Assembly (NCBI RefSeq): GCF_024521635.1
Contig: NW_026250413.1
Location: forward strand, 558,001-622,000
Source: Tricharina praecox
Lineage: Eukaryota
DNA: 64,000 nt
Reading direction: 5' to 3'
Shown: piece by piece, positions 38,476 to 52,742 of the stretch
Numbering within the stretch: position 1 is the stretch's first letter
Layout: every line of letters starts with the position of its first letter
The notes under the pieces: generated by a model
Told to the model about the DNA's origin: nothing
The model's input: only the letters and a program-made list of their open reading frames with translations
Database searches by the model: none
Made by a program: the position numbers and the translations under genes

Positions 38476-39984
38476 AAGTTTATGTTTTGGGATCTGGTGT
38501 TCGGTTGTATGAAGCATCATCTTTGTTAATAAAAACACTAGCGGTTTTGGGTTACGTGGTGTTTTTTGTAGAATACATACCTTTGATAATAGGAGCGGTC
38601 TGTTTGAACTATTTCTTCGGTGGTGCTCATGTTTCTTTTCTCTTATATTTCTTTTTTCATGTCTCTAGAGGTGTTTGTTGATGTGTATGTGGGGTCTTTT
38701 CATGTTTTTCAGTTGTTTGGGAAGATTGGATCATTGCTGATCCGTCGACTACGACCGCTGGGATATTGTCCTTTTTTTGTCTTCTTTTTCCTTTTCCTGT
38801 TTTTCTTTCGGGGTCTTTGTTTGGTTTTTTCTTTCTCTCTTCATTATTCTTTCTTATTAGGGAACAGGACTATGGGGTGGGGATGGGGATGGAACTGGAT
38901 TGGGCCGTTGAAGGGGAAAAAAAGGAGGGGATTGGATTGGGATAAGGGATGGACGGGAAACGATCGGACGATGGTGGATGATGGGATGAAATTCTTGTTA
39001 TAGTTAAATAAGCTTCATGCAATCTTGATATGCTGTGCGCAAGTGATGTGATGTGAGGTGAAGTGTTTGCAATAAGTGGGCTGGTTGTTGGTGATCGCTG
39101 TTGTTTTGTTTTTGTGTTGTTCAATCATCATAGCATTCGACCTTGTCAGATCATAATTGTTGGTGAAGGGTGATGGCTGTGGTATTGATATACCGACATA
39201 TATCTAGCATGTGCTTTCGCTTTGCTTCAAATACATCTCCTTCCCCTTCCACTGCATCCATGATGGGTCGCCGTGGTGGTAAGAAATACACAGCTGCTTA
39301 ACACTGACGTCTTACCATGACGTTGCAGTCTCGGTCACTTATCTGCCTGGCTGCTGGCTGCTGGCGGAGAGCACGATGAATCACTCACGCGCGAGGCTTT
39401 ACACTTTACACTTTACACTTTACACTTTACAACTTCCCGTTCGCACCGTTGTTTTATTTCGCTGACCCAGCCATAGTTACAGGGTTTTCCAACGAGTAAG
39501 CAAAGGAAAGGAAAGGCAAGGAAAGGAAAGTAGTCACCAGCCGTGACCAGCCGTGACCAGCCGTGGCATTCAAGACGCTCGCTCGCTCGCTAATATGCTA
39601 CTGCCTATGCTACTATGCTACCATACTCTTATGTACTATAGTGTACGTCTCGTCTGTACTATAGTGTACGTCTCGTATGTACTCGACATACCTTCTCTAT
39701 AGTATAGTGGTTTTTGGGCGAGAGTTGCCGGGGCGAGAGAGTTGCCGCTAGGTTCGATTGACTGACTGACTGACTGACTGACTGGTGACCGCTCGAAGCG
39801 TGACGGCGGTGTGATGGTCTGGTTCGGTGGTCTGGTGGTCTGTGGTCCGATGATCTGGCAGTCAGTGGTTCAGTGGTTCAATGGTATACGTACCCGTCGT
39901 GCCCGTGCCTGTGCTCGTGCGTGGGCGGGTGTAGACGACTCACTCGCGGGGATGGGAACCTACTTACACACTCTCGAGGCAGAG

Positions 39985-40172
39985 TGTGGATTTGGATTTG
40001 GATTTGGGTTTTGGTGCGGACTTGGATTCGGATTGCCTCTTGGAATGGCGTTTGGATTTGCTCTTGGAACGGCTCGTGGATTTGCTCTTGGATTCAGATT
40101 TGCTCTTGGAAGTGGGCGTGCTCTTGGATTTAGGTTTGCTCTTGGAATCGCTCTTGGGATGGCTCTTGGAAT
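39985..40172. repeat. Degenerate minisatellite built on (TTT)GCTCTTGGA, period about 12-24 bp
   Basis: About 8 CTCTTGG cores, preceded by GGATTT units. Confidence 0.8.
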
Positions 40173-41599
40173 GGGGACGTGCTCATCAACTAGCTTGCAA
40201 CCTTCCAGCAGCTCGGCAGTTCAGCAGCTCGTGCACAGATGCAAATGCAAATGCAAATGCCATCCGTCGAAGATATGTGCCCGCGTCATCCCACGCAATC
40301 TAGGTACATACTCCATGGTGAGGTACGTGCTCTGCATGTGATGAGATGATGCGGTGATGGTGCGGTGATCGCTGGGCCGTTGGGTCGGTGGCAGTTGGTT
40401 CGGTGGCAGGTACTGGTGCTGGTGGTGGTGGTGGTGGTGGTGGTGGTGGTGGTGTTTATCCCGCAAAATTTGGACGCTCTTCCGCGCGCTCTACGTGGGA
40501 TCTGGTATGCCACAGTGCCCTCAGCCAGCCAGCCAGCCAGCCGCAACGATCACTGATAAGTGGTGGGTTGCGGGTCGTTGTCGAGCTGTGAATATGTCCG
40601 CCGCATACTTGGAAGTTGGAATCCGGAAACGGGGAGACTTGGATAGAGGCTGGCAGATTCGATGCTGCGTGCTATTGTTCCCAGTAACCGATCTGCTCAA
40701 ATGGCTTTTCGTCGGGCTACCTACTGGGAACCACGGCCTCACCACGGCCTCACCACGGCCTCACCTCTGGCTGGTTGGGGAGTTCAGAATAAATCATGTG
40801 ATATCTTCATCGCCCGTGGTCGTTGCGCGGCCGCTATAGGTAGTATCTTCTCGAACACTCATTCTTTATCGTACACTCTATTCTGTTTGACACTCCTATA
40901 TTTTCGTGTTTTTGTGCCTTGTATTGGAAAGCCACCGAGTGATTTCTCGTACGTTGTCGGTGGCTCGTTGCACCAGCACCGCCGGCAGCGCTAACCGACT
41001 CCGTTGGGCTGCTCCATGCGGTAAACCCCGATTTACCCTGCATCTCACTCATCACCCACACACGCGCTTCAACTACCCGCCGCGTGCTCACCTCGTACTA
41101 CTCTGCCCTGCTACAACGCGTCTGAAAGATACCTCTGCACAATTCACAGGCAACCGATACAGTCAGGACCGGTCAAAGTTCGTACATACAAATCATTATC
41201 GCCCGACGCCGCAGTCGCACGGAGATCGACAACCCGGAAAAGCCCCAATTGTAGCGCATCGGCATCTACCCACCCAACCCTTTCCGTCGAGACTAGCGAT
41301 CGCCGTTTCCGCGCCTCGAACGCTCGCGACCCAAAAGTCAAGGCTCAATCCAATCACTCCACCCCTCCCTCTTCGTCGCCCCGACTACCGCTGTTCGTTG
41401 GCTTGCGCACTAGTTAGCTGGGAGACCGACCGGAAACGCCGACCGTACGAAACTCGACCGGATCAAGTGCAAAACCCTTCTCGCGCGACCGGCAACCCCT
41501 ACCAGGCAAAGGGACACTCACACGCATTCGCCATAGTCGTAGATTGGCAAAGGGACAACAGGGGGGTTTTAAGCTTTGGGCAGATAAGAACATAGCACA

Positions 41600-43105
41600 A
41601 TGCTTTCCATTCCAGGCCAACACCCGCAGCAACAGCAGCAGCATCCGCAGCATCCCCAGCAGCACCATCCACAGCAGGTGCATCCACAGCAACACATGCA
41701 GCAACCCGGCTATCACCCGCAGACACCACAGCGCCACATCTCTCCAATGAACGCGCGCGCGACCCCACAAACGCCTCACCATCACCAAGTCCAAGTGCCC
41801 GGCCCTCACCCGCACCATCCCCAGCCTGGATACTACACTCCCGGCCCGACGCCGCGCCAACCACCGATGCCTTCAGGAGCCGCCCCGCCCTCCGCGAAAC
41901 GATACAAGCCCAACCCAGCGAATGCTCCGCACCCGGGGAGTGCTGCTGCCCAGGCTGCCCAGGCCATCACCATGAACGCTGTCGGCGGCGATCCAAACAT
42001 GACGATTGACGAGGAGGAGGACACCTCGCGGGGAGATATCCTCGACCATCTCACGCCGCGCGAGATCGCCCAGACGCGGTACACGCAGCATCACGAGTGG
42101 ATGGAGGAGATCATTGGATCCGTGTACCCCATCAACCGGATCACACCCGTAGATCTCGGTCTCGGGCTCGTGGGCGATCTCGAGAGCGTCACCCGCGGGC
42201 TTCTGGATCCGCCGGTGTACCCCACGCCCAAGACACGGAGCAACGACCCAGTCAAGGAGGCGAAAGACCCCAAGGAGCTGCTCGCGAGCCTCAAAGCGAA
42301 CGCCGTCGACAAGATCAAGGCGCTGGAAGAGGAGATGCGCGTCATGGCCGAAACCCACGAGGCGCGCATGAACAAGATCAAATCGACCGCCACCATCTTC
42401 CGCGACGCCGAGTTTGAACTCCGCGGCGGTCTCGGCCTGGAGAACTACCTCCCAGGCCTGCACGTCCCGCACGCGACCGACGGCGACAGCGATTCGGAGG
42501 ACCCGTCCAGCTCGCTCGCACCCGCCGTTGCCGCCGGCACCGGCCGTCCAATCCCCGACGTCATCCGCGACGTCGAGGCAAAGACGGGCTGGAAGATTGT
42601 CCCCGCGCAGCCTGTGGTCCGCTACGAACTCCCCGCCGAGGAAATCATCAAGATGGGCGGCGTAGTCGCGCAGGAAATCCAGCAGCACCAGCACCATCCG
42701 CAGCACCACCCGCAGCAGCACGACACGGTCATGGACGACGACGACGTGCACGCGCTCGACGACGACGACGCAGCCTTCAAACTCGACATTCCCACGCCGC
42801 ACACCAACGACTCTCCCGCTGCCGACGCTGGCCTCGAGAGCGCGGATAATACCGCCGGCGGATTGCTCGATGAGTTCCAGGCCACCCGCGACGACGATGA
42901 TACGGCCCTCGATGACGACGACGCTGTCCTCGACGATACGATCATGGCGGACTTCCTCGATGATACATTGAGTAAGCCGACGAGTCCGCACGGAGACCAA
43001 ACCACCACCACCACCACCACCATCGCACCGGAGCAGGCTGAGGAACTGTTTGCTATGTCCCCCGGAACTGCGGGGGCTGGCGATGGAGGCGGGGTTGCGC
43101 AGTAA
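41600..43105 (+). CDS. SWI/SNF-RSC subunit Ssr4-like protein (DUF1750 family, C-terminal region), single exon
   Basis: 501-aa ORF. EEDTSRGDILDHLTPREIAQTRYTQHHEWMEEIIGSVYPINRITPVDLGLGLVGDLE matches the conserved Ssr4 C-terminal block (family recognised from memory). Q/H/P-rich N-terminus and acidic C-terminus. Confidence 0.75.
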   Translation: MLSIPGQHPQQQQQHPQHPQQHHPQQVHPQQHMQQPGYHPQTPQRHISPMNARATPQTPHHHQVQVPGPHPHHPQPGYYTPGPTPRQPPMPSGAAPPSAKRYKPNPANAPHPGSAAAQAAQAITMNAVGGDPNMTIDEEEDTSRGDILDHLTPREIAQTRYTQHHEWMEEIIGSVYPINRITPVDLGLGLVGDLESVTRGLLDPPVYPTPKTRSNDPVKEAKDPKELLASLKANAVDKIKALEEEMRVMAETHEARMNKIKSTATIFRDAEFELRGGLGLENYLPGLHVPHATDGDSDSEDPSSSLAPAVAAGTGRPIPDVIRDVEAKTGWKIVPAQPVVRYELPAEEIIKMGGVVAQEIQQHQHHPQHHPQQHDTVMDDDDVHALDDDDAAFKLDIPTPHTNDSPAADAGLESADNTAGGLLDEFQATRDDDDTALDDDDAVLDDTIMADFLDDTLSKPTSPHGDQTTTTTTTIAPEQAEELFAMSPGTAGAGDGGGVAQ

Positions 43106-44296
43106 TGGCCACAGTGATATCGATACCTAGAACTACTCATTTCCTTTTCCTTTTTCTTGTCCCGTCTGGTTGGGTGTTTGCTATGGGTTTCCATTTTCAG
43201 TTTTAGTTTCAGTTTCTAGTTGCGTTTTGTTTTCTCAAATACGATGAGCGGTGATAGTGGTAGTGGTAGTGGGTTGTAGTTCTACTTCTTCTTCATCTTC
43301 TACATCTTCTTCTTCCAGCGACCGGCTGTAAAGCAAAGTACTCGCTATACCTATACGAATCGATGTTTTGGCTGGCCGATGGATAGGTATTGCTTCATAC
43401 ATAGTAAACCACCAGCGGCCCGGCCCCATTGGTCATCGATATCGATGTCGGACTGTCAGACCAGCTCCCCGCCGTGCATAGATTTAAGTGGTGTCTACAT
43501 ATATATATAGAGCAGGCTTGTCGATTCGATGTCTGTCAGTCAGTCAGTCCGTCCGTCCTGCCTGCAGTCTCAAGGACCGTCCTGCCCCGTCCCGCCACAC
43601 CCCGCCACACCTCGGAATCTACTACGTACATACGCGGCCGGACTGGAGTTGGTATCATAATGGTATGTAGTGGTGCTGGTGCTGGTGCTGGTGCTGCTGG
43701 TGTCACTCACTGGGCAGAGTAAAGTACAACGCAAAAACATCATTCGTATTTCATGACCATCCCCATCCTCATCACCGTGAGCTTTTGTGATGGAATACAA
43801 CTCCCGCCTCCGCCGCCACCCTCATCCATCCATCCATCCAGTCCAGCTGTCCAGTCCAGCCCAGTCCAGCCAGCTCACATCCCATCCCATCACATCCCAT
43901 CCCATCCCATCCCATCCCACCCCCATCGCATCATCAGCTAAGTATCATAGCAGTATAAAAAAGAGTAGGTAGGAGTAGAAGATGATATTCTATCCACAAA
44001 GAAACCTCGCAGACATCAGTCAAAATTCAACCAGCCAAAACCGCAACCGCAGACCGCAAAACCCTCCTCATAACTATGGTCCACCAGAAACCGCAAAACC
44101 GCAAAACCGCAAAACTCCATAACCAGTTCCCATCTCCAACGAAAACAATACTCCCCCGTATCCCACCAATCCCAACTTCTGCCAGCTGCCAAAATAGTAA
44201 ATAGTAAAAGCAGTGTCATATCTTCGTATCTCATATCACGCTCGAACGTTGCAAATTGCAGGACTTATCTACGGACGGACAAGTAAACCATGACAA

Positions 44297-45227
44297 CTAT
44301 TCCACGCCTCCAAAATCGCCCGGCTCGGGCGTGGGAACGCCACTCCTAGCGGGCGGCGGATGTCCATACACGGCCTTTGGGGGTTGCGGGCCGGCGGCGG
44401 CGGCGGCCGGATTATGCTTTTGCTGCTGCGTCTGTGGCATTTCAACGTGCTGTTCATTAAACGGGTTTGTATGCGCAGGGGGCGGGGGCATCATCATTTC
44501 CGACGAGGGGGGGGAGGGGGAAGCAGAGGTGGAGCGCGAAGATTTGCGGCGAGCTTTGCGCGGCTTGCGAGAGCGGGACCTGGCCCGCGATCGCGAGTGC
44601 GACCGCGACCGCGATCGCGAATGCGACTTCGAGGTGTCGCTGGAGTAATAATTACCTGCGTCTGGATCGCTGGCGTGCCCGCCCTTGCGGTACTTGATCA
44701 GCGCGTCGATGATGAGGCCCATGGTCGCCGCCCAGGCGACCCATGAGAATGCGCCGAACACGGCGGCGGCTTTGGCGCATCGCAGGGCGCGGCAGCCGTC
44801 GCCGAAGCACATGAAGCGGCTGGCCTTCGTGCTGTCTGCGATCGCGACGAAGCCCGCGAACCAGAAGATCATCGTCACCGACTCCAGACCGACCACGACC
44901 CACCGGTTGTGCATGTCCGGGAAGTACATGGGCGTCAGGATCATGTAGAGGAGGACCACCCATGTCCAGATACACTATCCCGTCCCCATGTCAGCTTCCG
45001 TCGGCCACTCGGAAGGAGCTTGGGGGTGTCCATACGACAAAGACGAGAAACGCAGCCTCGGAATAGCTCCCGGCCACAGCGTCAACGCAGTATCCGGCGA
45101 GTCCGAGGACGATGATCGACAGGATCCTGCAGGTGGCGGTTAGCATGTGGGACGCCGGTACGCTTGTACTCGGAAGCGGAACGGGAACCTACGTCTGGAC
45201 GATGCGTAGCGGGAGGATCAAATTCAT
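44297..45227 (-). CDS. MARVEL (membrane-associating) four-TM protein with an RS/P-rich cytoplasmic tail; 3 exons
   Basis: MNLILPLRIVQ|TILSIIVLGLAGY..AFLVFV|CIWTWVVLLY...LESVTMIFWFAGFVAIA...C..AKAAAVFGAFSWVAW, the typical fungal MARVEL pattern. Confidence 0.85.
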
Positions 45228-47129
45228 TGTGAGGGTGAGTTTCACTGCGGAGGGGTGTTGGTGATTTTGTCGCAAAGATCAAGAGAGCAAGAGAAGAGGG
45301 CAGGGGAGAAGAAAAAGCGATGGTATGCAGGAGGAAGATGGGGAAGAAGGAGCTACTTTTTGTTTGATATAAGGCGTCCCAAGAATTCGGAGCTGGGCAC
45401 AGCTTGTGGGCTCTTTTCTATCACCGGTGATGACGTACGGCGGGCGCAGGGCCACTCGGCTTGGCAACTGATCATCATGAGGAGTCAGTGACGAGGAATG
45501 GCCGAGGGCGGTTATCTGCGTACCTTGCACTGTGTCGGGGAATGCCCAGGCACTTGGTGGGTGGGTACTTAATGTGGTGATGTTGGTGTTTCAATTTCCG
45601 TTTCTCACGAGCTGTTTGGGGAAAGCGGATAGACGGATAGGCGGATAGATGGGCGGAAGGCTCTGGTCGGATGGTATTGACGAATGGCTTTGAAGGATAT
45701 GATGTCTTTGGAGGAGGAGGAGGCACCTACTCTAGGAGGAAGTAGGAGGAGGTGGTGAAGGAGGAGGAGGAGGAGGAAGAGGATATTGGACGACGAGGGA
45801 CGGGATAGATATCGAAGAGGCCGACTTTGCAGTCAGTCAATGTCCGATCAAGACGAACCTTCCCCTCCATATGTACTCTACGATACGTATTGCGGTCTCT
45901 CAGTCTCAGCCGAGAGAGAGACTGCCACGAACGACACTCGTTGGGCCAGCAAGGACAGCGAACGCATCCACTCAGTGCCATCGCCATTCGCCGGCGCCCC
46001 TGCACACACAAACTGCGCATACACAGCATACACACACTCCGCCCAACACGAAACAGCAACCACGCAAATTCAACACGATTGCCGAGAACGAGAATGGCCA
46101 TAGATACTTGGAAAGACTTCAGTCATCAAAAAGAAAAAGTCGGGCGAACACCGCACGCAGCACGGGACAGGACAGGATGCAGATGACAACAACCACCTGC
46201 ACCGCTTCCAGCTCGTATGTAAGGGCAGTTGCGGAAGAGCCAGCTGAGAAGTGCATGGAGTGCGGTCACTGGTGGCTCTCTCTCTTCGAATCCACGTGTT
46301 TGCTGTGAATACTTGCCACAGACCAGACCGCAAGCCACAGACCGCAAGCCACGCATCATGCGTCGTCGCCGATTCCCATCTACATGCACCGCCTCACCAT
46401 ACTGCGATCCGCCGCCACTCCTCCCCCACCTCCGTTGGAATAGAATTCCGACTCTACATAGCTGGGGTAGTTGTCCCGAGGATCACCTGCTGTCAGCACG
46501 TAAGGCCGACAGAGATAAAGAATCGCTAACCAACCCTTGCCAAGTTGCCATGCCATGCCTTGAGATCCTCCACCGGGTCCTCAACTCAATCGCGGCGGGG
46601 TGTTCTCGGCGTCCGGCCGACCCCGCCGGTCACCGAAGAAGAAGAACAAAGAAAAGAAAGAAGAAAAACTTACGGTTCCCGCACCGCTCCCCGATCTCGC
46701 CAATCAGCCAACGCCATTTGGAATATTCATCGACTCGGCGGAGTAGCCCATTCCTGGCAGTATCAGGAACTGCTGCACGTCGCCGTGGGGGGTTTACGGG
46801 GAGAGGGAGAGAAAGAAAAACTCGTACATAAGACATCACCGAAACAATCAGCTAGCATGTAAAAAGCAAAACAAAGATCATTACGAGAGCGCCGGAACGC
46901 AGGTGCTAACGAGAAGGCGGTAAAAAAAACTGCGGGGAAAGATGTGCTATCTCTGGCTTCGAATTGCGTGCTCAGTTATGTCAAGGGCGTGCGTGCGTGG
47001 GACGAGTTGGGCATCTCCGATGGTCGAGAGGGAGGGAGGGCCCTGGACATTTTATTTCACTTCTTCTACCTCCTCCTCTCCTCCGCTTCTCTTCCTGTGA
47101 TACGATCCCCAACTAAGATCCTTTCCGCC

Positions 47130-47194
47130 CAATCCCTCAATCCCTCAATCCAATCCCTCAATCCAATCCCTCAATCCAATCCCTCAATCCCTCA
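47130..47194. repeat. (CAATCCCT/CAATC) short tandem repeat just upstream of the MET17 start codon
   Basis: Read directly. Confidence 0.85.
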
Positions 47195-47217
47195 GTTCTT
47201 GTCCAGTATATCCCGAA

Positions 47218-48872
<1,655 letters not shown>

Positions 48873-49914
48873 ATTACATATGGATAGGTACTCGTGAGAT
48901 TGGTGTTTTTTTTACTTTTATGGGCTGGGCTGGGGTTATTTCATTTTTTCTTCTTCTTTGCTAGCTTGGGATGGGATGGGATGGGATGGGATGCGGAAAA
49001 TATCATTGGAGTTGGAGTTGTGTGAGGACGTTGCTGAGCAGGGTGGTTCGCTGTGGTGATTCGTGATATCTACTCGTGCTGAGTAGTGCTGTGGTGCAGT
49101 GGTGCTGTACCGTATCGGTAGCAACTGCAATATCTAGACCCATCCACCCGTCAAACAGGAGGCAGGGGGCAGGAAAAAAAATTCGTAGGCTAGCAGATAT
49201 TTATTGCCCACTGTCACCTCACAATACCTAGCAACACAACAGGACCAGTAAACACCGCAGTACAGAACACAACATAATCAACCGTCCGTCCTGTCCTGTC
49301 CTGTCCTGTCCTGTCCGACCCAGAGACGACATTACCACCACCACCAACTCCAGCTCTGCGGCCGTGTATGGTGTATCAGTGTCCGCGGGGGAGGAACGAG
49401 TAGTACCTCTCCACAGCCGTACCTGGAACACCAGGCCGGACCGGACGTATGCTAGGTATTTTTTTTGGTGGTTTATCATCTTTGCATTCGACTATAGATG
49501 CGGTATTGGATCATGGGGGTTACATGGCGGTTACATGGTTGGCTATACCGTAGTCAATCCACCCAGTCCAGTCCGTCATGGCAGCGTTTCGAGCGTACGA
49601 GTGACATCGCGTGCTCTCTGGCGGCTACTGGGTACTATTCACAAGCATCACAAGCCGTCACTCCCTTACTGGTTTAGCTGGTTGAGCACACTGTGGACGC
49701 TGTGGATGTATAGGCCATGGGAATAGGCCGTGAGCTAGGACTCGGAACTCAGGCATGGTTTGAATGGTCTAATTATGTATGTACCTAGATCGTATACCAT
49801 ATGCTGTACCCATTACAAAACAAAAAAAAGAACAAAGAGAAGAGCATTGAGTTGGATTCGCAGCCGCGTCCTCCAACTACCGTATACTCTATTCTTCCGC
49901 TTCCGACGTATATA

Positions 49915-50070
49915 CCCACACTCCACACTTCACACATCCACAATACACACTCCACACATCCATAATCCACACATCCACAATCCACACATCCACAATACAC
50001 AATCCACACATCCACAATACACACATCCACAATCCACACATCCACAATCCACACATCCACAATCCACACA
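49915..50070. repeat. 15-bp minisatellite (AATCCACACATCCAC)n between the convergent 3' ends of MET17 and ClpX
   Basis: About 8 near-perfect units read directly. Confidence 0.9.
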
Positions 50071-50290
50071 TGTACTGTACTCCATCGACTACACTTACAG
50101 CTACATCCACAATGGTGAAAGAACGAAACACAAGCAGTCGCTTGCTCGCAAAAGAAGAAGAAGAAGAAACACTCCAAAACGCCAATCCAACCCACAAGAT
50201 GTACTTGGTACTAGGTAAGTAGGTACTCAAAACCCAGAATCAACACACACAGACACACACACACAACATTCACAAAAAGCCATCTGAGAA

Positions 50291-52255
50291 CTACGCACCT
50301 GCCTCCGCCGCGGCAGTAGTCGCCGTCTCCTGCTGGGCCGTCTCATCACCGTTTAGCACGCCCAGGACGCTCTTATTCCCTTTAGCAACCCACATCTCCT
50401 CCTCGCTAGCCACGAGCTCATCGACCAGATGCCTCTGGCCTCTCGAAAAGTACAATGGGGGGATCTTTTTTTGTGCGACCTCCTTATTGACAAGGACGTG
50501 CTTAACGCTCGTTCCTGGGGTTTCAAACATAGCGTCCGCGAGGAGTCGCTCGACAACCGTACGGAGGCCGCGGGCGCCCGTTCCCATGGCGAGGGCGGCC
50601 TTGGCGATCTCCTGGAGGGCGGGCGAGGTAAACCGCAGCTCGATGCCGGTCAGCCGGAAGAGCTCCCCGTACTGCCGCAGCAGCGCGTTGCGCGGCTCTG
50701 TGAGCACCCGCACGAGCGCCTCCGAGCTGAGCGCTTCGACGGCGGTGGTGATCGGGATGCGTCCAACGATCTCTGGGATCAGGCCGAATGTGATGAGGTC
50801 ACCCGGCTCGGTCTGAGTGAGCAGGCTGGATTGGTTGGGGGAGGTGTGCCGGACGTGCGCGTTGAAGCCCATCGAGCCCTTGGCTACGCGGTCGGAGATG
50901 ATTTTGTCTAGGCCGATGAAGGCCCCCGTGAAGATGAAGAGGATGCCGGAGGTGTCCACGTTGACTACTTCGCCCTTCGCTCCGCCGAGACCACCGCCGC
51001 CGCCCATGCCGGTTGGCTGGTTGAAGGGACCGGGGATGCCACTGCCGGGAAGACCGGTTGGTGGACGACGGTCAGACTTGGTGTTTATCTGAAGGGTCGT
51101 ACCCTCAATGATCTTGAGGAGAGCTTGTTGGACCCCCTGCGATGTGTTTAGAACCCAAGTCTAATCCGGCGGAGGGCGTCAACCTACCTCGCCGGAGATG
51201 TCCTTACTTCCTCCAGACATGCTCTTGGGCTTGGCGATTTTGTCGAACTCGTCGAGACAAATTATGCCAATCTCTGCCCTCTGAACATCGTGGTTCGCCG
51301 CCACCAGCAGCCGATGCACCGCTTGGTCGACATCCTCGCCGACATACCCCGCCATGGTGAACGGCGTGCAGTCGGACCTGACACCCGATAAGCAACAATA
51401 CCTCACGCGCTGTCAGAATACACTCACATAGAAAACGGTACATCTAGGATCTTTGCCAGTGTCCTAACCATGAGCGTCTTCCCCACACCGGTAGGACCCA
51501 GACACAGCACTACCCCGAACACACACACATTAGCCCCCGGTCTGTCTCCCCCCCTCCAACCCCCAAGACTAGCACCCACCATTACTCTTCTCGACAACCA
51601 GCGGCTGATCCGCGCCCAGCTCCGTATCATCGCTCTGTTTCGCCGGTGGGGGTGCAATCGTTGTCTGCACCGGTGGACGACCCTGAAGTTCCTCTGTGTC
51701 CACACACACCCCATCAGCGCCATCCCCATCCCCTTTCCCCGCAGGTTTTCCCCTTCCCCTTCCCCCGAGTAGGTACTCACCATCAAAAACCCTCTGCGCA
51801 AACTTCTGCGTCTCCCTGAGTATGTTATCCTGGCGCTCTCCCTCGCGATTCCTCGCGATCTGCACCCGCTGGTAGTGCTGAAAGATCGCTGTCGCAAGCA
51901 CCCGCTTCGCCCGGTCCTGCGAGATCACGTACTTGTCTAGGTGCTGCTTGAGGATTCTTTCCCCCCCCACCCTCGCCGATCAGCTCGCAGTCAAGGGAAC
52001 GGAGGAGCAGGTGGAGGAGCAGGAGGGGGCGTACCGCGGCGTGATCTTCAGCCCGCCAGCGCCAACAAGAGGTCCAGCGAGTGGTCCGACAATAGACTCC
52101 TTCGTCTCAATAACACCCGTGAACCCGCCGCCGCCATCGGCGAAGGTGAAGTCGGAGCTGCGGTAGGTGGTGTAGGTGCGGCAGGTGCGGCAGCGACGCG
52201 GGAGGGTGGCGAGATGGGGTATCCTCGGTTGAGGTAGCGGGAGCTTGCGTAACAT
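50291..52255 (-). CDS. MCX1: Mitochondrial ClpX AAA+ unfoldase; about 6 exons
   Basis: R-rich presequence, LDKYVISQDRAKRVLA, VEKSN|VLCLGPTGVGKT (Walker A), AGYVGEDV, ICLDEFDKIA (Walker B), DISGE|GVQQALLKIIEG, FIFTGAF and GTGARGLR. Confidence 0.95.
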
Positions 52256-52742
52256 TGTACTGTCTGTGCACGCGCGTCGGTTGCTGCTTCTGGTGGTTGA
52301 GGTGGTCGTGGAGGTGGTCGTGGAGGTCCTGGAGGTGGAGATGGAGGTGCAGGTGCAGGTGCAGGTGAAGGTGCTGGTGCTGGTGGAGGTGCTGGTTGAG
52401 GTGGAGGTGCTGGTGGAGGTGCGATATCGCGGAGCTGTACGGTACCTATGCTTGCGGAGGAGAAGCTTACCGCAATGCAATGCGATGACGGACATCCCTG
52501 GTCATGTCAGTAGCATAGCACGCCGCCGAGTCGAGTCGTTTCGTCTCGGTCTCGGCCCGGCCCCGCATTGGGGCGATCACTGTACGAAACGGGATAGTGC
52601 GGCACGGCGGCACGGCGCGTTGAGTGGTGGGGACCGTGGGGTGGGGTGGGATTCATAAGCGGAATTCCGAGATGGCAACTGCACAGTAGAGTACGGTACA
52701 AATGCTTTCATTGCTCTACAGTACCTACTATGTACCGCTAAG

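Noticed and set aside
39811..40341. GFALG-repeat ORF and an antisense SK-rich frame
   Set aside because: Produced by the GCTCTTGGA minisatellite; the SK-rich frame has a stop just upstream and no start codon
45300..47200. MetR/CYS-3 sites (ATGRYRYCAT) upstream of MET17
   Set aside because: Only partial matches found by eye
49760..50230. ORFs with HPQST, WIVDV and CGLWM repeats
   Set aside because: Translations of the 15-bp minisatellite in a 3' intergenic region
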